Positions 19,193-29,131 of a stretch of 64,000 bases of DNA are shown here, piece by piece. A model generated the notes under the pieces. The model worked only from the letters and a program-made list of their open reading frames with translations. It was not told the origin of the DNA and made no database searches. This DNA comes from Vulcanimicrobiota bacterium. Its GTDB lineage: Bacteria; Vulcanimicrobiota; Vulcanimicrobiia; Vulcanimicrobiales; Vulcanimicrobiaceae. A program made the position numbers and the translations under genes. Where the stretch lies: positions 152,589-216,588 of the forward strand of contig PLCF01000085.1 in assembly GCA_003135555.1 (NCBI GenBank). The letters are read 5' to 3'. How positions within the stretch are numbered: the first letter of the stretch is position 1; every line of letters starts with the position of its first letter.

Positions 19193-21061
19193 ATGGAGAG
19201 CAAGTCGTACGCCGCGCTGCCGCCTGACAAGCTTGCCGCCCCCGACCCGAACGCCTCGTACGCGAGGATTCGCGAGATGGTCGGGTCGGGCAAGCGGGTC
19301 CTCGACGTGGGCTGCGGGCCCGGCAACCTCGCGGCGGTCCTGCACCAGGCGGGGAACGCCGTGGTGGGAATCGACATCGACGAGGGCGGCTTGGCGGCCG
19401 CCCAGCATGCGTGCGAACGCACGATCAAAGCCGACCTCGACCACGTCGAGCTCGACGAGATCGTCGGCGAGGACCGCTTCGACGTCGTCGTGTTCGCCGA
19501 CGTGCTCGAGCACTTGCGCAACCCCGCGCGGCTGCTCGGCTCCAGCCGGCGCATCATGCGCGAGGGCGGCTACGCGGTCGTCTCGATCCCCAACGTGGCG
19601 CACGGCGCGGTGCGTTTGGCGCTCTTGCGCGGCCGCTTCGAGTACCAGCAGCTGGGGATCCTCGACGACTCGCACCTGCGGTTCTACACGCGCGAGTCGG
19701 TGCTGAAACTCTTGTCGGAGAGCGGCTTCATCGCGACCCGCGTGGAGCGCACCACGGCGTCCGTGTTCGAAAGCTCGGATCTCGTGCCGTTCGTGCGGCG
19801 CGACGACTTCGATCTCGCGGTCATCGCCGAGATCATGCGCGACCAGGACGCCGAGACGCTGCAATTCGTCGTACGGGCCGCGCCGCTGGCCGAAGTCGCG
19901 GCGCTCGAAGTGCTCACGGCCGAGATCACCAGCCTCGAGCAAACGGTGCGCACGTTGCGTGCCGAGCTCGCGCAGGCCCGTGACGGGGCGGGGAAAGCGC
20001 GCTTCGAGGGGCAAACGCCGCGCATCAACGGCAGCAACGGTTCGCGCGCGCTGGCCGAGCGCCTCGCGGAGGTCGAACAACACTACCAACACGCCGTCGA
20101 GCTCAGCGAGGCGTCGCGCAGGGAACGCGACGAAGCACTCGCGGCTCGCGACGCCGCAATCGCGGCTCGCGACGAAGCACTCGCCGCTTCCGAGCGAGCG
20201 CGCGACGATCTCGCTCGGCTCGATGCCGACCTCGTCGAGGCGGAGCAGGCGCTCGTGCAGGTCGCGGAGCTGCGTGCGCAGTTGGCCGAGCGCGACGACG
20301 ATCGGGAGATCGCCGCGCAGGCGCGCGCGGAGCTCGAGACCGCTCGCGCCGAGCTGGCCGATCTCAACGCCGTGGCCGAGTCCTCAACGGCCGCCGTCGA
20401 GGAGCTGCGCGCGGGCCGTGCCGCCGCGGTCGGCGCGATCGAACATCTGCGCACCGAGCTGTTTCGCGTGCAACGGATCGCCGACGGGCTCGTCGCGGAG
20501 CGCGAGGCCGCGCTGGCGCGCAGCGAAGCCGCCGCCGCGGAGCTGGCGCGCAAGACCGCCGCAAGCGACGACGCCGAGGCGAACCTGCGCGCGGTGCGGG
20601 CGCTGCTCTCCCTGGTCGAGCAGGAGCGCGATGCGGCGCGCGCCGAGCGGGACCGCACGATCGCCCGCCTGTCGAGCGAACCCGCGGCGCTGCGCAAACG
20701 CGCGGCCACCCTGGAGAATCTGCTCGCCGTCGAGCAGACGACGCGCCAGGATGTCGAGGCGGCTTCCGAGCGTATCGCCGCCGTGGCCCGAAGCCGGGCG
20801 AAGGACGCGCGCGAGCGCGAGCTGAGCCGGCTGCGCGCGCGTTCGGTGCTCGTCGAGGTCGAGCTGCGGTTGGCGCTCCTGCAGTCCCCGCCGCCGCCTG
20901 CGGTCAGCGTGCCGCGGCTGGTGGGAGTACGCTGGTCGGCCGATACCATGCGGGCGGCGAGCGTTACGCGACGGGTTGCGACGATGGAGCGGGCGGAGCC
21001 GCCGCCCCGGTCGCGATTCCGCGCGCGTCTGCAGCGGTTGCGGCGGCTCTTTACGGGATGA
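19193..21061 (+). CDS. Class I SAM methyltransferase with a long C-terminal coiled coil (WbdD-like terminator candidate)
   Basis: 'VLDVGCGPG', 'FADVLEHL', 'SIPNVAH', 'GILDDSHLRFYT', then more than 300 aa of A/E/R-rich heptads. Confidence 0.8.
   Translation: MESKSYAALPPDKLAAPDPNASYARIREMVGSGKRVLDVGCGPGNLAAVLHQAGNAVVGIDIDEGGLAAAQHACERTIKADLDHVELDEIVGEDRFDVVVFADVLEHLRNPARLLGSSRRIMREGGYAVVSIPNVAHGAVRLALLRGRFEYQQLGILDDSHLRFYTRESVLKLLSESGFIATRVERTTASVFESSDLVPFVRRDDFDLAVIAEIMRDQDAETLQFVVRAAPLAEVAALEVLTAEITSLEQTVRTLRAELAQARDGAGKARFEGQTPRINGSNGSRALAERLAEVEQHYQHAVELSEASRRERDEALAARDAAIAARDEALAASERARDDLARLDADLVEAEQALVQVAELRAQLAERDDDREIAAQARAELETARAELADLNAVAESSTAAVEELRAGRAAAVGAIEHLRTELFRVQRIADGLVAEREAALARSEAAAAELARKTAASDDAEANLRAVRALLSLVEQERDAARAERDRTIARLSSEPAALRKRAATLENLLAVEQTTRQDVEAASERIAAVARSRAKDARERELSRLRARSVLVEVELRLALLQSPPPPAVSVPRLVGVRWSADTMRAASVTRRVATMERAEPPPRSRFRARLQRLRRLFTG
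20126..20188 (+). repeat. In-frame 21-bp tandem repeat x3 (RDEALAA/RDAAIAA/RDEALAA)
   Basis: cgcgacgaagcactcgcggct / cgcgacgccgcaatcgcggct / cgcgacgaagcactcgccgct. Confidence 0.85.
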
Positions 21062-23067
21062 TCCTGCGGCGCTTCGAAGAGACGCCCGCCCCGCGCGCTT
21101 CGGTCATCATCCTGGTCTACGCGAACGCGACCTATCTGGAAGCGGCCCTGCGCTCGGTCCTCGAGTCCACCGATCCGCGCTTCCCGTATGAGGTGATCGT
21201 CGTCCTCAACGGGGTCGCTCCCGACGTTGCGGCGACGGTGCGCCAATCGGCCTACGGCGCGCGCATCGTCGAGTCAGAAGCGAACCTGGGCTTCGGCGGC
21301 GGCTGCAATTTCGGCGCCGCTCACGCGCGCGCGCCCTACCTCGTATTTCTCAACGATGACGTGACGGTCTGCTGGGGGTGGCTCGAAGCGCTCGTGTCGA
21401 CCGCGGACGCGCGACCGGACGCCGGTGCCGTCGGCAGCCGAATCCTCAACGCCGACGGGACCGTTCAAGAGGCCGGCTCGGTGATCGTTGCCGACGGTTC
21501 GACGGCCCCGGTCGGACGCGGCTTGCCCGGCGACACTCCGCGATATCGCGCACTGCGCAAGGTCGACTACGCATCGGCCTGCTCGCTGCTGGTCCGGCGC
21601 AGCGTGTTCGAGAGCGTCGGCGGCTTTGACGAGCGCTACTTCCCGGCGTACTACGAAGACGTCGACTTGGCGCTGAAGCTGCGCCAAGGCGGCTGGGCGG
21701 TGCTGTATCAGCCCGCGTCACAGCTCGTGCACGCGGAGTCGGCCAGCACCACCTCGGACTTCAAATCGTATTTGTTTCGGCGCAACGGCCGCACGCTGCG
21801 GCGCATCTGGAAGTCGACGCTCCCGGCGTTCGAGCCGCGCGATCCGAGTGACGCGGTGACCTTGGCGCGCGCGATCCGGCGCGCCAAAGGCAGCGTCGCG
21901 GAGGTGCTCATCGTCGACGACCGGCTGCCGGACGCCGGGCTGGGATCGGGTTACGGCCGCATGGCCGAGCTGTGCGCCGACCTCGCGGACGGACCGTACT
22001 CGCTGACGTTCTATCCGACCACCGGCACGCCCAGCGGCAACAGTCTCGGGCAGTGGGGGATCGAGGTCGTCGACGGAGACTTGAACGCGTACATCCGAGA
22101 TCCGGCGACGCGCATCGACATCGCGGTGATCAGCCGGCCCCACAATTGGGAGCGCGCGGCGGCGGCGATCCGCCGCCACCATCCCGGCGCAGCCGTGATC
22201 TACGACGCCGAGGCGCTCTTCCATCGCCGCATCCGCCAGCAGCTCGAGCTCGAACCGGATCCGGTGCGCCGGGCGTCGCGCGAGCGCGAATACCGTGCGG
22301 CGTACGACCTGGAGGGCCGCATCGCCCGGGGCGCCGATCACCTGGTGTGCGTCTCGGGCGTCGAGGAGAAAACGCTGCGCGATTTCGCGCCGCAGACGCC
22401 GATCGACCACCTCGTCGCCACGGCGCGCGGCATCGTCGCGGGGGCCGCGCCGTTCGCCGGGCGCCGGCCGCACGCGATCTTCGTCGCCGGATGGATGGCC
22501 GGGCCCGGCTCGCCCAACGTCGACGCGCTGCGCTGGTACGTGCGCGAGGTCGCGCCGCTCATCGCCGACGGGCTCACGGAAGCGGTCACGATCGTCACCG
22601 GGGGCAACCCGCCGGCCGAGGTTCTGCAACTGCGTTCCTCGGCGGTGCGGCTGGTCGGTTTCGTCGACGATCTCGCCGGCGCTTACGGCGCCGCGCGCGT
22701 CGCGATCGCTCCGATCCGATTCGGCGCCGGCGTCAAGATCAAGACGATCGAGGCGCTGCAATACGGGGTTCCGGTCGTCGCCACGACCACGGGTGCTGAG
22801 GGGATCGTCCTCGACGAGCCCGACGCGATCGCCGTTCGGGACGACCCGCAGGGTTTTGCCGACGCCGTGCTACGGCTGCTCTGCGACGAGGCCGCCTGGG
22901 CGCAGGCGCACGCAGCGACCCGCCGGCAAGCCGAGCGGTGGCGCACCGCGCCGCGCCGCACCTGGCGCGACATCATCGACGACGTCTCCGCGCGCCGGAC
23001 TAGCGGCGCCGCAACTCCCGCAGCGCTCGAAGCGCTTGAGCGCGTTCGCGGTCTTTCAGCTCGCTGA
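21058..23067 (+). CDS. Bifunctional glycosyltransferase (GT2 + GT4-like)
   Basis: 'NLGFGGGCN', 'FLNDD', 'YYEDVDL' followed by 'APIRFGAGVKIKTIEALQYGVPVVAT'. Confidence 0.85.
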   Translation: MILRRFEETPAPRASVIILVYANATYLEAALRSVLESTDPRFPYEVIVVLNGVAPDVAATVRQSAYGARIVESEANLGFGGGCNFGAAHARAPYLVFLNDDVTVCWGWLEALVSTADARPDAGAVGSRILNADGTVQEAGSVIVADGSTAPVGRGLPGDTPRYRALRKVDYASACSLLVRRSVFESVGGFDERYFPAYYEDVDLALKLRQGGWAVLYQPASQLVHAESASTTSDFKSYLFRRNGRTLRRIWKSTLPAFEPRDPSDAVTLARAIRRAKGSVAEVLIVDDRLPDAGLGSGYGRMAELCADLADGPYSLTFYPTTGTPSGNSLGQWGIEVVDGDLNAYIRDPATRIDIAVISRPHNWERAAAAIRRHHPGAAVIYDAEALFHRRIRQQLELEPDPVRRASREREYRAAYDLEGRIARGADHLVCVSGVEEKTLRDFAPQTPIDHLVATARGIVAGAAPFAGRRPHAIFVAGWMAGPGSPNVDALRWYVREVAPLIADGLTEAVTIVTGGNPPAEVLQLRSSAVRLVGFVDDLAGAYGAARVAIAPIRFGAGVKIKTIEALQYGVPVVATTTGAEGIVLDEPDAIAVRDDPQGFADAVLRLLCDEAAWAQAHAATRRQAERWRTAPRRTWRDIIDDVSARRTSGAATPAALEALERVRGLSAR

Positions 23068-23380
23068 CGCGCAAGATCGCCGCCGCGATTCGCTGCCGAA
23101 CGAGGTTTTCGTCGATCGAGGTGTGGACGTACGCAGCGCTCGCCAGCTGCGATAGACGCTCGCGCGCGACCTCGCCGACGCGGGTCGCCTGATCCGCCCG
23201 CTCTTCGGCTTCGGTCAAGCGAGCGCGCAGGTCGGCGAGATAGCCGTCGCGGACCGCCAAATCCGCGCGCAGCGCGTCGGCGTCGCGCTGCGCGCGCTCC
23301 AGCGCCGCAGTGCGCTCGCGCAGCGCCTCGGCGAGCGCGGCACCCCGGTCGGCGCCGCCTGCGCCGGCAATCTCGTCCAT
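23000..23380 (-). CDS. Small coiled-coil hypothetical protein
   Basis: ATG at 23380 (MDEIAG...). A/E/R/L heptads and natural amino-acid composition. Fills the gap between + strand genes but overlaps the previous gene's 3' end. Confidence 0.5.
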   Translation of the reverse strand: MDEIAGAGGADRGAALAEALRERTAALERAQRDADALRADLAVRDGYLADLRARLTEAEERADQATRVGEVARERLSQLASAAYVHTSIDENLVRQRIAAAILRVSELKDRERAQALRALRELRRR

Positions 23381-23453
23381 GCCCCGCAATTCGGACGCAA
23401 CGCGCGGGGGCCCCTCCCAGGCGCGGCCGCCTACGCGGTTGAAAACGGCCGGT

Positions 23454-24356
23454 ATGGAGGGACATGTCGCCGCGCACGCTGCGTCGGTGTGGGACGATCG
23501 CTTCAAGACCGGGCCGCCACGGCCGCGCGATTGGCTCGAGCTCCCGTACATCGTGAACCGGTACATCAACATGGCCGTCACCGGGTCGCCCGACATGAGC
23601 TGGTTCACGTTCGCCTGCCTGCACTACGTCCGCCCGGCCGAGCGCGTGCTCGAGATCGGCTGCGGCGCGAACGGCGTCGGCTTCGACCTCTGCCGCCTCG
23701 ACGTCGCGCGCCACGTCGTCGCCATCGATGTCAGCCCCGAAGCGATCCGCGTCTCGCGCGACCGCATCGCCGGGACCCATCTGGAAGACCGCATCGACTA
23801 CCGTTGCGAAGACGTGACGACCACGGACTTGGGCGAGGACGCTTTCGACTGCGTCATCGTCAACATGGCGCTGCATCACATGCTCGAGCTGGAGGAGCTC
23901 TTCGCGAACGTGCGCCGCTGCAAGAAACCGGGCAGCCTGTTCGTGATGAACGAGTACATCGGGCCGAGCCGGTTTCAATGGACCGACGCGGCGGTCCGTG
24001 AAGGTCAGCGCTTGCTGGAATCACTCGACGAGCGGTATCGAATCCATGGTTCCACCGGTGAGGTGGTGCGGACGTTCACCCGGCCGGGGTACGGCGCGAT
24101 GGTCGCCGGCGATGCATCCGAGGCGATTCGCTCCAGTGCGATCGAACCGTTGCTGTCGACCTATTTCGAGCCGGTGGACCGCCGCCCGTACGGCGGGACG
24201 ATCCTGCAGTGGCTGCTCGCCGACATCGTCGCGAATTTCGATCCGGAGCGCCGGCCCGAAGACGCCGCGGAGCTCGAGCGCCTGTTCACCGAAGAACGGC
24301 GGCTGCTGCGCAACGGCGTGCTGCAAAGCAACTTCGCCGTTATCGTCGTGCGCTGA
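23454..24356 (+). CDS. Class I SAM-dependent methyltransferase
   Basis: 'VLEIGCG', 'IDVS', 'ALHH', 'NEYIGPSRFQW', 'DASEAIRS'. Confidence 0.8.
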   Translation: MEGHVAAHAASVWDDRFKTGPPRPRDWLELPYIVNRYINMAVTGSPDMSWFTFACLHYVRPAERVLEIGCGANGVGFDLCRLDVARHVVAIDVSPEAIRVSRDRIAGTHLEDRIDYRCEDVTTTDLGEDAFDCVIVNMALHHMLELEELFANVRRCKKPGSLFVMNEYIGPSRFQWTDAAVREGQRLLESLDERYRIHGSTGEVVRTFTRPGYGAMVAGDASEAIRSSAIEPLLSTYFEPVDRRPYGGTILQWLLADIVANFDPERRPEDAAELERLFTEERRLLRNGVLQSNFAVIVVR

Positions 24357-24367
24357 AGACGCGCCGG

Positions 24368-25123
24368 TCAGTCGTATCCGATCAGCGTGACCTCGGGCTG
24401 CGAGGGGCGCAAGGTCGATCCGTCCGCCGCCAGGAGAACCATGCGCAGCGGGGTTCCTTCGGGACTCGCATAGCGACCGGGAAACGACGCGGAAAAGCCG
24501 CAGTACGCGTGGTGTTCGCCGAATTCGCGCGCGACGTCGAGACGCTCGAAACCGTATGCCGCTTCCACGACATGATCCCCGATCAGCGCGAAGGCGGCGA
24601 GCGCGGCGGAGTCGCCGACGGTATCCGCAGCCCAGCCGTCGATGCGGATGACTTTGCGGCGCGGGACGCGCACCGAATCCCCCAGGATCGGTTCGGAATG
24701 GCCCTCTTCGTCGGTCCAGCTATCGAGAAAGCCTTGAGCGGCGGGGAGGTTCGCCAGCCCAACTGGAGCGGACAAGCGCAGTTGCGCCCGGGCGATCTCC
24801 TGACGCCGTCCGCCGGCGGAGACGACGATCGTGACCACGTGCTCGCCGTCCTTGAGGTTGACCGTCGGGACAGAGACGGTGAACCCGGATTCGACCGCGC
24901 TCGAGTCGTCCAGCGCCGCCGCGACGTCCGGTCTCGGTACGCCGCGCTCGATCGGATGTTCGCTGCGATCGTCGATGAGCAGCGAGAACATCGGGCTCGC
25001 ACCGCTCTGATGCGCCCAGCCGCGAACGATCAAGACATCGCCGACGTGCGCCTCGGCGTTGGCATCCTCGGACACCAGGGGCAGAATGTCGATCGCGTCG
25101 ATCGCGCCGGCGGGAGGGTGCAT
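24368..25123 (-). CDS. Hypothetical protein with two repeated beta-rich (Ig-like) modules
   Basis: Two copies of the pattern 'I.GWA...G..R.DVA......GF'. Confidence 0.6.
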   Translation of the reverse strand: MHPPAGAIDAIDILPLVSEDANAEAHVGDVLIVRGWAHQSGASPMFSLLIDDRSEHPIERGVPRPDVAAALDDSSAVESGFTVSVPTVNLKDGEHVVTIVVSAGGRRQEIARAQLRLSAPVGLANLPAAQGFLDSWTDEEGHSEPILGDSVRVPRRKVIRIDGWAADTVGDSAALAAFALIGDHVVEAAYGFERLDVAREFGEHHAYCGFSASFPGRYASPEGTPLRMVLLAADGSTLRPSQPEVTLIGYD

Positions 25124-25179
25124 GCCTGCCGATTAGGTGGGGTTGCAGCCGTTTCCCTGCGTCAACCTAGCGTCGGACC

Positions 25180-27288
25180 TCAGTCAACGACCTTCAGGAG
25201 TTCGTCACGCGTGGTCGGCCCATTCATGGACCCCGTTTCGACGACGAACCTTAGGTGGCGCCACACCGCCGCCGGCCTCAACGTCGCGAGCGTCTCCCGC
25301 GGGACGACGATATAGGTGCAGCCGCATTCACGAAGATGCGCATATGCGTCTGGCGACTCAAGCGTCCACTCATGCAAGGCCCCCGGGCTAACGAAATACG
25401 TTCCGTTGAAGATCTCTACCTCGCTGTAAACATTCATGAGTTGCAGGCCGACCGCATCGTAGATCTTGTCATGATGGGGGTCGAGATGAGCGTTCGCGTA
25501 CTGCAGCATCGGTATGAACTGTAGCTGGATCGCAGCGTCGGGGACGCCCTCGTAAAGGTATCCCCAGTTGAAATACTCCTGACCCATCACGCCGGCCACC
25601 TCTGCATTCCGCTGAAGTGGAGTCACGAGCCCGTTTTCGAGAGCGCTGAACACCACGAGTGATGCGACGAGAATCACCTGCAGCGCTCTGGCGCGGCTCC
25701 AATCGACGCAGAGGATGCCGTAGCTTGTCAGCAGCGCCACCGCCGGCAGCGCGACGAGAATATAGCGAAGCTCGATGGCGCCGCCGACATAGGCAAGGCC
25801 GGTAACGATCGCCGCAAAAGCCGCTAAGGGCCGAATAACGCCGGCATGCCGCCGCGCCAGGAATGGAACCGCGACCCAAACCGGCATCAAAGTCAGCCAA
25901 ATTGGTCCGATCAAGTCGCGAAAAGTGGCTGACTGCATCGTCATCAACCACGGGAGCGACAGGATTCTCGTCAGCGAAAGACTTCCGATGAGGCTGGTAC
26001 CGACTGCGGTTGACACGGTGGCACCCAATGACGCTGAGCCATATCGAGAGGGAAAGGCGTTCACCGCAAGTGGAAATATTGGATCGCCGATCATCCAAGT
26101 GGCCGTGATCAGGGCCGGAAGCATTCCTAACACCGCGCAGGCAGCATACGCGGCCAGCTCGGATGCGACGACGTTTCTGCGAGCGCGACGAGTGATTAAG
26201 ATCCAGGCTGCAATGATCCCTAACGCGATGACGGTGAAAACCCCGAATGGCTTGATACCGTAGGTGAAACCAGCGAGAAGGCCCGCACCGCCGAGGGCCC
26301 AAAGTGATCCGTTCGCCCGCCACGTGAGCACGGCGTGCAGCGCAAGAATGACGATCGGGACCGCCGCAAGATCGTTGTTCGCCGTCGTTGCGGACCATGC
26401 GAACACGGGCGTCGACACGACCATTAGCGCTGCCATGGCGCCGGCGACGGTCGACGAGAACCAGGCCCGCGAGAACGCGACTAGCGCTACTGCCGTCGCG
26501 ACGGCGCCCATCCAAGAGACGAGCTTTGCGCCGATTGCTCCAAACAATACCCATGCGAATGCATAGAGCGTCTCTTGGTAGTGTGGCAGGGCGAATGGCC
26601 AGATTCGCTCGGCCGCCACGAGATTATAGAAACCGCCGTGTTGCGCGTAGCGCTCGGCTTCGGCGAGATGGTAGTAGCGCGCATCGAACCCGATCTCCGG
26701 GATCACGGCGGCCAGGAGGGCGACGTAAAGCGAAGCCGCCAAGAGGAACCAGACCACGATGCTCAGGGCGCGTGGGACGCGGATCGAATCCGGAACCAAT
26801 GGAGCCTCGCGTACCCAACGCCGGATCGAACTGGCTGAGGCAACTGCCCCGACGATCAGAAGCGTGGCCTCGACTTCCCAGCGCAGCAACTGTAGCGCCG
26901 CCAACGCGTACGCGACGATTGTAAGTACGACCAGACCGGCAATCAGCCCGAAGGCGATTCGGTCGAATGCATCCCTGGGTGGAATCCGGAAGGCGCGCAA
27001 CAAGGCATCGCCTGGGGCGATCGAAGCCGCGACCGCTACGAACAAGCCGAGCAGCAACACGACGTTCCGCGGCAGGTGGGTGAGGATCTGCGGAATGTGC
27101 GAAAGCCCGTCGTAAGCCAGGCCGCGTGCCGCCGGGTCGGTGAAGGCGAAGACGTTGAACGCGACGATCGCGGCCCAGATTAGGAAAACGTACCCGGCCG
27201 ATTCGATAGCGATGCGACGCCACTCGAGCGGCTGCCCCGATACCATCGTGTCTTTGATTTCGCTGAAATCCGCTTTGTCGACGCCCAT
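25180..27288 (-). CDS. GT-C-fold membrane glycosyltransferase (ArnT/PMT-like), paralog A
   Basis: Polytopic. 'PEIGFDARYYHL', 'TANNDL', 'GIKP', 'GDPIFP', 'LRY' and a C-terminal soluble domain. Confidence 0.7.
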   Translation of the reverse strand: MGVDKADFSEIKDTMVSGQPLEWRRIAIESAGYVFLIWAAIVAFNVFAFTDPAARGLAYDGLSHIPQILTHLPRNVVLLLGLFVAVAASIAPGDALLRAFRIPPRDAFDRIAFGLIAGLVVLTIVAYALAALQLLRWEVEATLLIVGAVASASSIRRWVREAPLVPDSIRVPRALSIVVWFLLAASLYVALLAAVIPEIGFDARYYHLAEAERYAQHGGFYNLVAAERIWPFALPHYQETLYAFAWVLFGAIGAKLVSWMGAVATAVALVAFSRAWFSSTVAGAMAALMVVSTPVFAWSATTANNDLAAVPIVILALHAVLTWRANGSLWALGGAGLLAGFTYGIKPFGVFTVIALGIIAAWILITRRARRNVVASELAAYAACAVLGMLPALITATWMIGDPIFPLAVNAFPSRYGSASLGATVSTAVGTSLIGSLSLTRILSLPWLMTMQSATFRDLIGPIWLTLMPVWVAVPFLARRHAGVIRPLAAFAAIVTGLAYVGGAIELRYILVALPAVALLTSYGILCVDWSRARALQVILVASLVVFSALENGLVTPLQRNAEVAGVMGQEYFNWGYLYEGVPDAAIQLQFIPMLQYANAHLDPHHDKIYDAVGLQLMNVYSEVEIFNGTYFVSPGALHEWTLESPDAYAHLRECGCTYIVVPRETLATLRPAAVWRHLRFVVETGSMNGPTTRDELLKVVD

Positions 27289-27349
27289 CCCTATGAGTAC
27301 GACGCGACGTCTTGACCGGCTCGAGAAGCGGTATGGTACCCCACGACCA

Positions 27350-27778
27350 TCAAAAGGTCTTCACCTTGGTGAGCGCGCCGGAGCGGAAGATCGCCTCGAC
27401 CTGCGCGATACTTTCAGGCTTGGCAAAATACGCGACGATGCTGCGCCCGGATTGCAACGCTTCGACGTAGTTCTCGACTTCGTCATCGGGGATCTCGAGG
27501 TCGCCGAGCCGGTCGCTGAGCGTCTCGTTGCGGAAATACTCGGTACCGTAGCCGCCGGCGACGCCCAGCCCGGTGGTCACCCCCGGAACGCCGGTTCCCG
27601 TTTCCATCCCGCCGGTAAGCAGGCCGGGGTTGGCGAGGCCGCGCGAAGCGGTCCCCCGGGTCGAGTCGTCGGGCCCGATGAGCTGGATCGGATCGAGCGG
27701 CAGTCCAGCTGCCTTGAGCGCCGCTTCGAGCGCCGCGGTGTCGCCGTCTTGGGAGATTCCGGTCACGACCAGACCCAC
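27350..27778 (-). CDS. Hypothetical protein (general-stress-protein-like)
   Basis: Gly-rich centre followed by 'L.DL.IPDDEV.NY..AL..GR..VA'. Confidence 0.6.
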   Translation of the reverse strand: MGLVVTGISQDGDTAALEAALKAAGLPLDPIQLIGPDDSTRGTASRGLANPGLLTGGMETGTGVPGVTTGLGVAGGYGTEYFRNETLSDRLGDLEIPDDEVENYVEALQSGRSIVAYFAKPESIAQVEAIFRSGALTKVKTF

Positions 27779-27850
27779 GCAGTACCTCTCTCGATGAACG
27801 TTTTGGAGACTCGCGGACGCTTCGCCCGAGTGCGCCGCGGTTCTTGCGAG

Positions 27851-29062
27851 CTACTCGCCTGCTCGGCGGACCGCGCGGGCGAGCCGCGCGATCCCCTCGG
27901 CGATCCGGTCCTCGTGCATAGCCGAGAAATTGAGCCGCATCCCGTCGCCGCGATCGCTGTGCGGATAGAACGGCCGGCCCGGTACGAACACGACCCCATC
28001 GGCGACGGCCCGCTCGAACAGCTCTTCGGTATCGATCCCCGCGCCGACGGTGGCCCACAGGAACATCCCGCCGTCGGGGACGTTCCAGCGCACGTGCGCC
28101 GGCATCTCGCGCGCCAGCGCGGCGACCATCGCGTCGCGGCGTTCGCGGTAGACCGCGCGCACGCGCAGCAGGTGCGCATCGAGCCGCGCCGTGTCTTCGA
28201 CGTAGGCGTGGAAGACGTACTGCGCATAGGTGCTCGAATGGAGATCGGCGCCTTGCTTTGCGGTGACCACCCGGTCGCGCAAATCGCGGTCCGGGATCGC
28301 CATCCACGCGACGCGCAAACCTGGCGCGACCATCTTCGAGCCCGTCCCGAGATAGGTCACCCCGCCGCGCGCGGCGCCGGCGCATAGCGGCGGCGGCGGC
28401 GGCCGATCGAACCAGATCTCACCGTACGGGTCGTCTTCGAGGATCGGAACGGCGAATCGCGCGCAGACGTCGATGATCGTGCGTCGCCGCTCTGGCGCGA
28501 GCGTTCTGCCGGTCGGGTTCTCGTAGTTCGGAACGAGGTACAGAAACTTGGGCAGCGGGTCGGCGCCGGCAAATGCCGCTGCCAACTCGTCGGGGATGAT
28601 GCCGTGTTCGTCCGATGCGATCGGCAGATAGCTGGGCTCGTATGCATCGAAGGCCTGGATGGCGCCGAGATACGACGGGTTTTCGAGCGCGACGACGTCA
28701 CCGGGGTCCAGGAACACGCGCGCGAAGAGATCGAGTCCTTGCTGCGAGCCGCCGGTGATCACGATGTCGTCGGCCGTGACGTCGATGCCGTGCTGCCCGC
28801 GCAAGCGTTGCGCCACCCACGTCCGCAACTCCGAGACCCCGTCGGTCACCGAGTATTGCAGCGCCGCCGCGCCGCGAGTCCGCATGACGCGGTCTTGGGC
28901 TGCAGACACGTCCGCGACGGGGAACAGCTCGGCCGCGGGCAGCCCGCCGCCGAACGAGATGATCGCCGGATCCTGCGTGACCTTGAGCATCTCGCGGATC
29001 GCCGAGGGCCGCAGGCGTTCGACGCGGCGCGCCAGCCGCGGCGATGGAAGAACGACGTCCAT
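27851..29062 (-). CDS. PLP-dependent class I/II aminotransferase (LysN/Aro8-like)
   Basis: 'ISFGGGLP', 'ITGGSQQGLD', 'YENPTG', 'EDDPY', 'SKMVAPGLRVAW', 'GGMFLW', 'RLNFS'. Confidence 0.9.
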   Translation of the reverse strand: MDVVLPSPRLARRVERLRPSAIREMLKVTQDPAIISFGGGLPAAELFPVADVSAAQDRVMRTRGAAALQYSVTDGVSELRTWVAQRLRGQHGIDVTADDIVITGGSQQGLDLFARVFLDPGDVVALENPSYLGAIQAFDAYEPSYLPIASDEHGIIPDELAAAFAGADPLPKFLYLVPNYENPTGRTLAPERRRTIIDVCARFAVPILEDDPYGEIWFDRPPPPPLCAGAARGGVTYLGTGSKMVAPGLRVAWMAIPDRDLRDRVVTAKQGADLHSSTYAQYVFHAYVEDTARLDAHLLRVRAVYRERRDAMVAALAREMPAHVRWNVPDGGMFLWATVGAGIDTEELFERAVADGVVFVPGRPFYPHSDRGDGMRLNFSAMHEDRIAEGIARLARAVRRAGE

Positions 29063-29131
29063 GCACCGTACATTCCCATCCGGGCCACGCTCGCCCGCCC
29101 CGCGGTCAGGGGGCGGTCGGACCCGCTCGGG

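Noticed and set aside
27851..29062. Aminotransferase as the missing LmbS-like sugar aminotransferase
   Set aside because: Its motifs are class I/II (LysN/Aro8-like), not DegT/DnrJ-like, and it lies 15 kb away in the non-glycan block.
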